Shown piece by piece: positions 59,855 through 64,000 of a stretch of DNA of 64,000 nucleotides. The position numbers were made by a program, and so were the translations under genes. This DNA is from Bythopirellula sp. GTDB lineage: Bacteria; Planctomycetota; Planctomycetia; Pirellulales; Lacipirellulaceae. The stretch is from NCBI GenBank assembly GCA_965216565.1, contig OZ244170.1, positions 4,192,001-4,256,000 of the forward strand, read 5' to 3'. The number at the start of each line of letters is the position of its first letter. Within the stretch, counting starts at the first letter, position 1. The notes beneath the pieces are model-generated. The model was not told the origin of the DNA. It was given only the letters and a program-made list of their open reading frames with translations, and ran no database searches.

Positions 59855-60982
59855 ATGAAGACTTCAAACACAATTCGTAGCATCCAGATGGCTGCCGTTT
59901 TCATTTTTTCTGCCATGCTAATTACCGACCAGGCCTGGTCTGTTGTCTTTCGTTACAGGCAGAGTGGTAACTGGGGTGAAGTTAGCGACGGTGTAACTGA
60001 GGGTTGGTTGGTAAACCCCGCTGACCCCAATGGTGCCGCCGTCCCTGGGCCAAGTGACGAGGCTCGAATCAACTTCGGTTTTAACACGGTGGTTATTGAA
60101 CCCGATCCCAATGCTGGTCCTGATCCAAATGGTTTTTCAGGGGTTGCTGTAATCGACAACTTGAAGATCGGTGTCGATGAATCTGGTGTTCTAGAGGTTA
60201 ATGACGGTGGTAGCTTAACCGTTACCGATGCCAACATCGGTCACAATGGTTCCGTCCAAGGCGTTATGGATATCAACAATGGCGGCGTTGTAAATGTGAC
60301 GAACAATCTGTTCATGGGAAGAGTAGACGCGACCAGTCAAGGCTTCCTTAATGTGAACCCCGGCGGTGTGTTGAATGTGGGTCAGCACCTCTGGTTAGGC
60401 GGTGACGGTCCAGCCACAGTCTTTATCGAAGGTACCGTGAATCAAGCTACCGGTATTCTCGGGCTTGGTTCGATTGACTTTAATCTCGCTAACACTGGAT
60501 CTGCTACCGTTAATGTATTGAGCGGCGGCGAATTGAATCTCAACAACATTCACGCCGATCCAAACCAGCTTCTCTCCATTCAGCCGGGCTCAGTAATTGA
60601 TCTCCAGGGATCTGGCCGAGTAACACTTCCAGGAAACTTCGTTGACGTGCTGCAGGCTTATGAAGATGGTGGCCGAATTACCGGGAATGGCTCGACGGAT
60701 AATGTCGACATCACCACGGAGACAATCGTAGGAGGTCCTGGAGATTTCGATTCGAATGGGATCGTCGACGGCTTAGATTTCTTGGCTTGGCAAGTTGATC
60801 CAAATCTTGGCGACCTCGCCGATTGGGAAGCGAATTATGGTACGGCTGGACTCCAAACAGTAGTAACTTTAGCTGCCCCTGCATTGTCGGCAGCTACGGG
60901 CGTGCCTGAACCCGGAAGCTTGGCGCTGATGCTAATCGGCTCGTGTGCCGTTAGCCGCGTGAGGCGAAGACGTATCAATTAA
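59855..60982 (+). CDS. PEP-CTERM protein, paralogue of 58291-59208
   Basis: Signal peptide; shared ARINFG.NTV, IGVDESG, HLWLG, GILGLG, LQAYED; VPEPGS...RRRR. Confidence 0.88.
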   Translation: MKTSNTIRSIQMAAVFIFSAMLITDQAWSVVFRYRQSGNWGEVSDGVTEGWLVNPADPNGAAVPGPSDEARINFGFNTVVIEPDPNAGPDPNGFSGVAVIDNLKIGVDESGVLEVNDGGSLTVTDANIGHNGSVQGVMDINNGGVVNVTNNLFMGRVDATSQGFLNVNPGGVLNVGQHLWLGGDGPATVFIEGTVNQATGILGLGSIDFNLANTGSATVNVLSGGELNLNNIHADPNQLLSIQPGSVIDLQGSGRVTLPGNFVDVLQAYEDGGRITGNGSTDNVDITTETIVGGPGDFDSNGIVDGLDFLAWQVDPNLGDLADWEANYGTAGLQTVVTLAAPALSAATGVPEPGSLALMLIGSCAVSRVRRRRIN

Positions 60983-61012
60983 GTTCTTGTCTACTGACAA
61001 GCAGACCTTTCA

Positions 61013-61051
61013 TGCCCCTACTGACATCCAGCATGGGTGTCAGTAGGGGCA
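61013..61051. other. Strong intergenic hairpin without a U-tract (possible mRNA stabiliser)
   Basis: TGCCCCTACTGACATCCA / TGGGTGTCAGTAGGGGCA. Confidence 0.5.
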
Positions 61052-61170
61052 CTTCAAAACAACACTGTGAATTCGTTTAGTAGATCCTAAAGAATTCTAG
61101 TCCCGAACACTGTAGCGTGTATCGAAATCGCATTCGGCAGTTCTTGCTTTCTTCCCAATGGAGTTCTCAG

Positions 61171-62223
61171 ATGAATTCAAGTACTAATCGCCGGTTGGCT
61201 TTTACCCTTGTGGAACTTTTAGTTGTAATCGCAATCATTGGGGTATTGATCGCTTTACTGTTGCCGGCTGTCCAAGCGGCACGAGAAGCGGCACGACGAG
61301 CCACCTGTGTCAACCAGCTCAAGCAAATGGGCATTGCCCTGCTTAATCATGAAAGCGCCATTGGAGAATTCCCCACGGGCGGTACCGAACCTTGGCATGA
61401 CGAAGGCGACTCGAGCGTATCTTTCGGTAAGGGCTACGGATGGATGGTGCAGATTCTGCCGTACGTCGAGAACCAAGCATTACAGGACATTTCCAAGGGC
61501 TATGGTGCAGGCGACGAAGCGCGTGATCGCATCGTACGTTCTACCCCCGTCGGTCTGTATGTTTGCCCGTCCAGGCGAGGCCCAGTGATTTCCTATGAAG
61601 GGACGGTAGAAGATCCAGACGCCTGCCAACAGGGATGTGCTCTCGCCGACTATGCTGCCTCGACGCCAGCAAATATTCTAGACGTCAACCAACCCAGCAT
61701 CGACCCATGGTTCTGGCAGGGGATAATCCACGGCAACGTCGTGGCAGCGAAGAACGAACTGTTGAGATACAAGGGCCGAAAAAAATATCCGGTCAGTTAC
61801 CGGGGCGTAATTGCCCGCACTGGCATGACGAAACCTTGTAAACCAAAGAACATCACGGACGGTCTTTCAAACACGATGGCTCTTGGTGAGAAACGCCTCT
61901 ATTCTAATTTTTATGAAACGGGCACACCCTCCGATGATATCGGCTGGACCGATGGATGGGACCCAGACATCATACGCTACACGGGGTTCTTGCCAGGGCC
62001 CGATGTCCCAGGACCTGGTAGCGTGGATGAGAGACAGGCCTATGAAAGCAACAATCCTGCATTGAATGGGTACGGCTTCCATTTTGGCTCTGTCCACCCG
62101 GGTGGATTCAATGCCGTGTTCGCGGACGGTCACGTCACGTTAATTCAGTACGATATCGACTTACAGTCGTTCAACGCATTGGGCGACCGCCAGGATGGGC
62201 TACTTGTGAATCTCGACCTATAA
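61171..62223 (+). CDS. DUF1559 prepilin-type protein
   Basis: AFTLVELLVVIAIIG...AARRATCVNQL; HPGGFNAVFADGHV. Confidence 0.92.
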   Translation: MNSSTNRRLAFTLVELLVVIAIIGVLIALLLPAVQAAREAARRATCVNQLKQMGIALLNHESAIGEFPTGGTEPWHDEGDSSVSFGKGYGWMVQILPYVENQALQDISKGYGAGDEARDRIVRSTPVGLYVCPSRRGPVISYEGTVEDPDACQQGCALADYAASTPANILDVNQPSIDPWFWQGIIHGNVVAAKNELLRYKGRKKYPVSYRGVIARTGMTKPCKPKNITDGLSNTMALGEKRLYSNFYETGTPSDDIGWTDGWDPDIIRYTGFLPGPDVPGPGSVDERQAYESNNPALNGYGFHFGSVHPGGFNAVFADGHVTLIQYDIDLQSFNALGDRQDGLLVNLDL

Positions 62224-62400
62224 CAATGGCGAGGAATTCAACTCGGTCCTGGTCGCTCGCTAATTGCGGATAAGTTGTTCGGATGAAGATGGTAGGAGAT
62301 GGGAAGCTCCTAAGTACAGAGAAGCAAAGTCAAATTCCTCAACCGATGATTCGGAACGTCCATTCTTTTAGCAGGCTAAGATGCCGTAACAAGACTCACG

Positions 62401-64000
62401 ATGCCACTTAGACAGACCGAAATTGCATACTCGCAGGGCATAGCACAATCCACGTCACCGCTCTCGCATGTGATTGTTAGCCTTGCTCTGATTGTGGCCC
62501 TCAGCTCTCTTCCTAGCCGAGCATTTTCCAAAGAATCAACTTCAAAGAAAACTAATCTGGAGCGTGTGAACCTCTTCATCGGAACGGGAGGACATGGCCA
62601 TACATTTCCTGGAGCTACAACGCCCCATGGAATGGTTCAGTTGAGCCCCGATACACGCACCTTGGGTTGGGATGCTTGTGGAGGTTATCACTATTCCGAC
62701 AGCTCAATCATCGGATTTAGCCATACCCACCTAAACGGCACAGGTATCGGTGACCTTGGTGACATTCTCTTCATGCCTTTTGTAGGTGAAGCTCACCATG
62801 TTCCCGGCCCTGAGGATGATCCCGACAAAGGCTTCCGCTCTCGCTTCAGTCATGAAAACGAGCAAGCTGAGCCCGGATACTATCGCGTTCATCTTACCGA
62901 TTACGACATCGATGTGGAGTTGTCCGCAACCTCACGAGCAGGATTTCATCGCTATACCTATCCGTCGGATAAGCAGCCGGGATTGGTAATTGACCTGGCC
63001 CATACGATTCACGGTCATCGCAACCCCATAGCCGAGTTGAGAGTCATCAACGATCGTGAAGTGGAGGGTTTGAAGCGAACACGAGGGTGGGCCCAAAACC
63101 ACCACGTCTATTTTCATGCAAAGTTCAATCGACCTTTCACCTGCACACTTTATGAAAACGGGAACCCATTGCCAGGCAAATGGTCTGTTGCCAACGGCAA
63201 TACTCAGGCAGTGTTGCTATTCTCGGAAGACAACGATAATCCATTGCTTGCCAAAGTTGGTATTTCATCGGTTGATTATGAAGGTGCTCGTATCAACGTA
63301 GAAAACGAGATTCCCGCTTGGGATTTTCAAGAAGTCCGTCGAGCAGCTCAAGATGCCTGGAACAAAAAGCTAAACACGATAGACCTCGTAGGCGGATCGG
63401 CTGATGACCAGACAATTTTCTACACGGCGCTTTATCACGCTGCGATATCTCCCAATTTGTTCAGCGACGTCGATGGACGATTTCGCGGGCTCGACCAACG
63501 GATTCATGCCGCGAGCAATGGTCCGATGTACACGGTCTTTTCACTTTGGGACACGTTCCGGGCATTCCATCCTTTAATGACGGTAATTGACCCGCATCGC
63601 AACGATCAATTCATTCGGACGTTGCTCACACATTACGACCACGGGGGCATTCTTCCTAAGTGGGAACTTGCGGGCAATTACACCGGTACAATGATCGGTT
63701 ACCACGCGGTTCCCTTGATTGTCGACGCCTATCGAAAGGGGAGTCGGTCGTTTGATGCGGAGAAAGCTTACGAAGCGGCCGTCAAGTCGGCACATTATAA
63801 CCCTGACAGTTTTTTGTATCCGTCGGACGGGGTCCGTTCAAAACTGAATCCTCTTGCTAAGAAGTACAACGATACACTGGGTTTCATTCCTTGTGATTTG
63901 GAAAACGAATCAGTTTCTAAAGCATTGGAATATGCCTACAACGATTGGTGTATTTCACAGCTAGCCATGGAACTCGGCAAGACTGACGATGCAGAGAAGT
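62401..64000 (+). CDS. GH92 alpha-mannosidase, 3' end outside the window (not in the ORF track)
   Basis: Translated by hand: VNLFIGTGGHGHTFPGATTPHGMVQLSPDT, GFSHTHLNGTG, FYTALYH, FSLWDTFR, TMIGYH, SVSKALEYAYNDW. Confidence 0.93.
   Translation, partial: MPLRQTEIAYSQGIAQSTSPLSHVIVSLALIVALSSLPSRAFSKESTSKKTNLERVNLFIGTGGHGHTFPGATTPHGMVQLSPDTRTLGWDACGGYHYSDSSIIGFSHTHLNGTGIGDLGDILFMPFVGEAHHVPGPEDDPDKGFRSRFSHENEQAEPGYYRVHLTDYDIDVELSATSRAGFHRYTYPSDKQPGLVIDLAHTIHGHRNPIAELRVINDREVEGLKRTRGWAQNHHVYFHAKFNRPFTCTLYENGNPLPGKWSVANGNTQAVLLFSEDNDNPLLAKVGISSVDYEGARINVENEIPAWDFQEVRRAAQDAWNKKLNTIDLVGGSADDQTIFYTALYHAAISPNLFSDVDGRFRGLDQRIHAASNGPMYTVFSLWDTFRAFHPLMTVIDPHRNDQFIRTLLTHYDHGGILPKWELAGNYTGTMIGYHAVPLIVDAYRKGSRSFDAEKAYEAAVKSAHYNPDSFLYPSDGVRSKLNPLAKKYNDTLGFIPCDLENESVSKALEYAYNDWCISQLAMELGKTDDAEK

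Noticed and set aside
1..64000. tRNA, rRNA or known riboswitch genes
   Set aside because: None recognised by eye; tRNAscan-SE and an Infernal/Rfam search would be needed to exclude them

Overview
Bacterial DNA that looks like a planctomycete. It carries PEP-CTERM proteins, DUF1559 prepilin-like proteins, '(L/F)E.LE.R.LL' extracellular N-termini and 'GDF...VDG.DFL.WQ' dockerin-like motifs, which suggests Pirellulales/Lacipirellulaceae (inference). There are three zones. (1) 1-22.8 kb is mostly housekeeping: a hydroxyisobutyrate-dehydrogenase-family enzyme, a FixJ regulator, sulfite reductase, pgpA, baeRF, folD, RNA methyltransferases and a double-length UvrA. It is interrupted by a REP-associated tyrosine transposase (RAYT) and an AT-rich orphan gene bracketed by REP repeats. 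(2) 23-29 kb is a decaying mobile element: a frameshifted large serine recombinase followed by a four-gene ubiquitin-like conjugation operon (Ubl, E2 with a poly-CxxC zinc array, JAB peptidase, E1). This is the most striking system in the window. (3) 29.4-64 kb is a large, SusC/D-free locus probably acting on sulfated or phosphorylated alpha-mannan. It encodes GH38, GH92, GH99, two GH71/99-like enzymes, three sulfatase domains, an EEP phosphatase, a Na+/solute symporter, three DUF1559 proteins, PEP-CTERM proteins and a CotH-VTC-DUF4956 cluster. Seven copies of an 18-bp palindrome (consensus close to TAKACCAAWWTTGGTATA) tie it together, several lying inside sigma70-type promoters, and a resident GntR regulator is the likely binder. 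All calls come from reading motifs by eye; no database searches were run.
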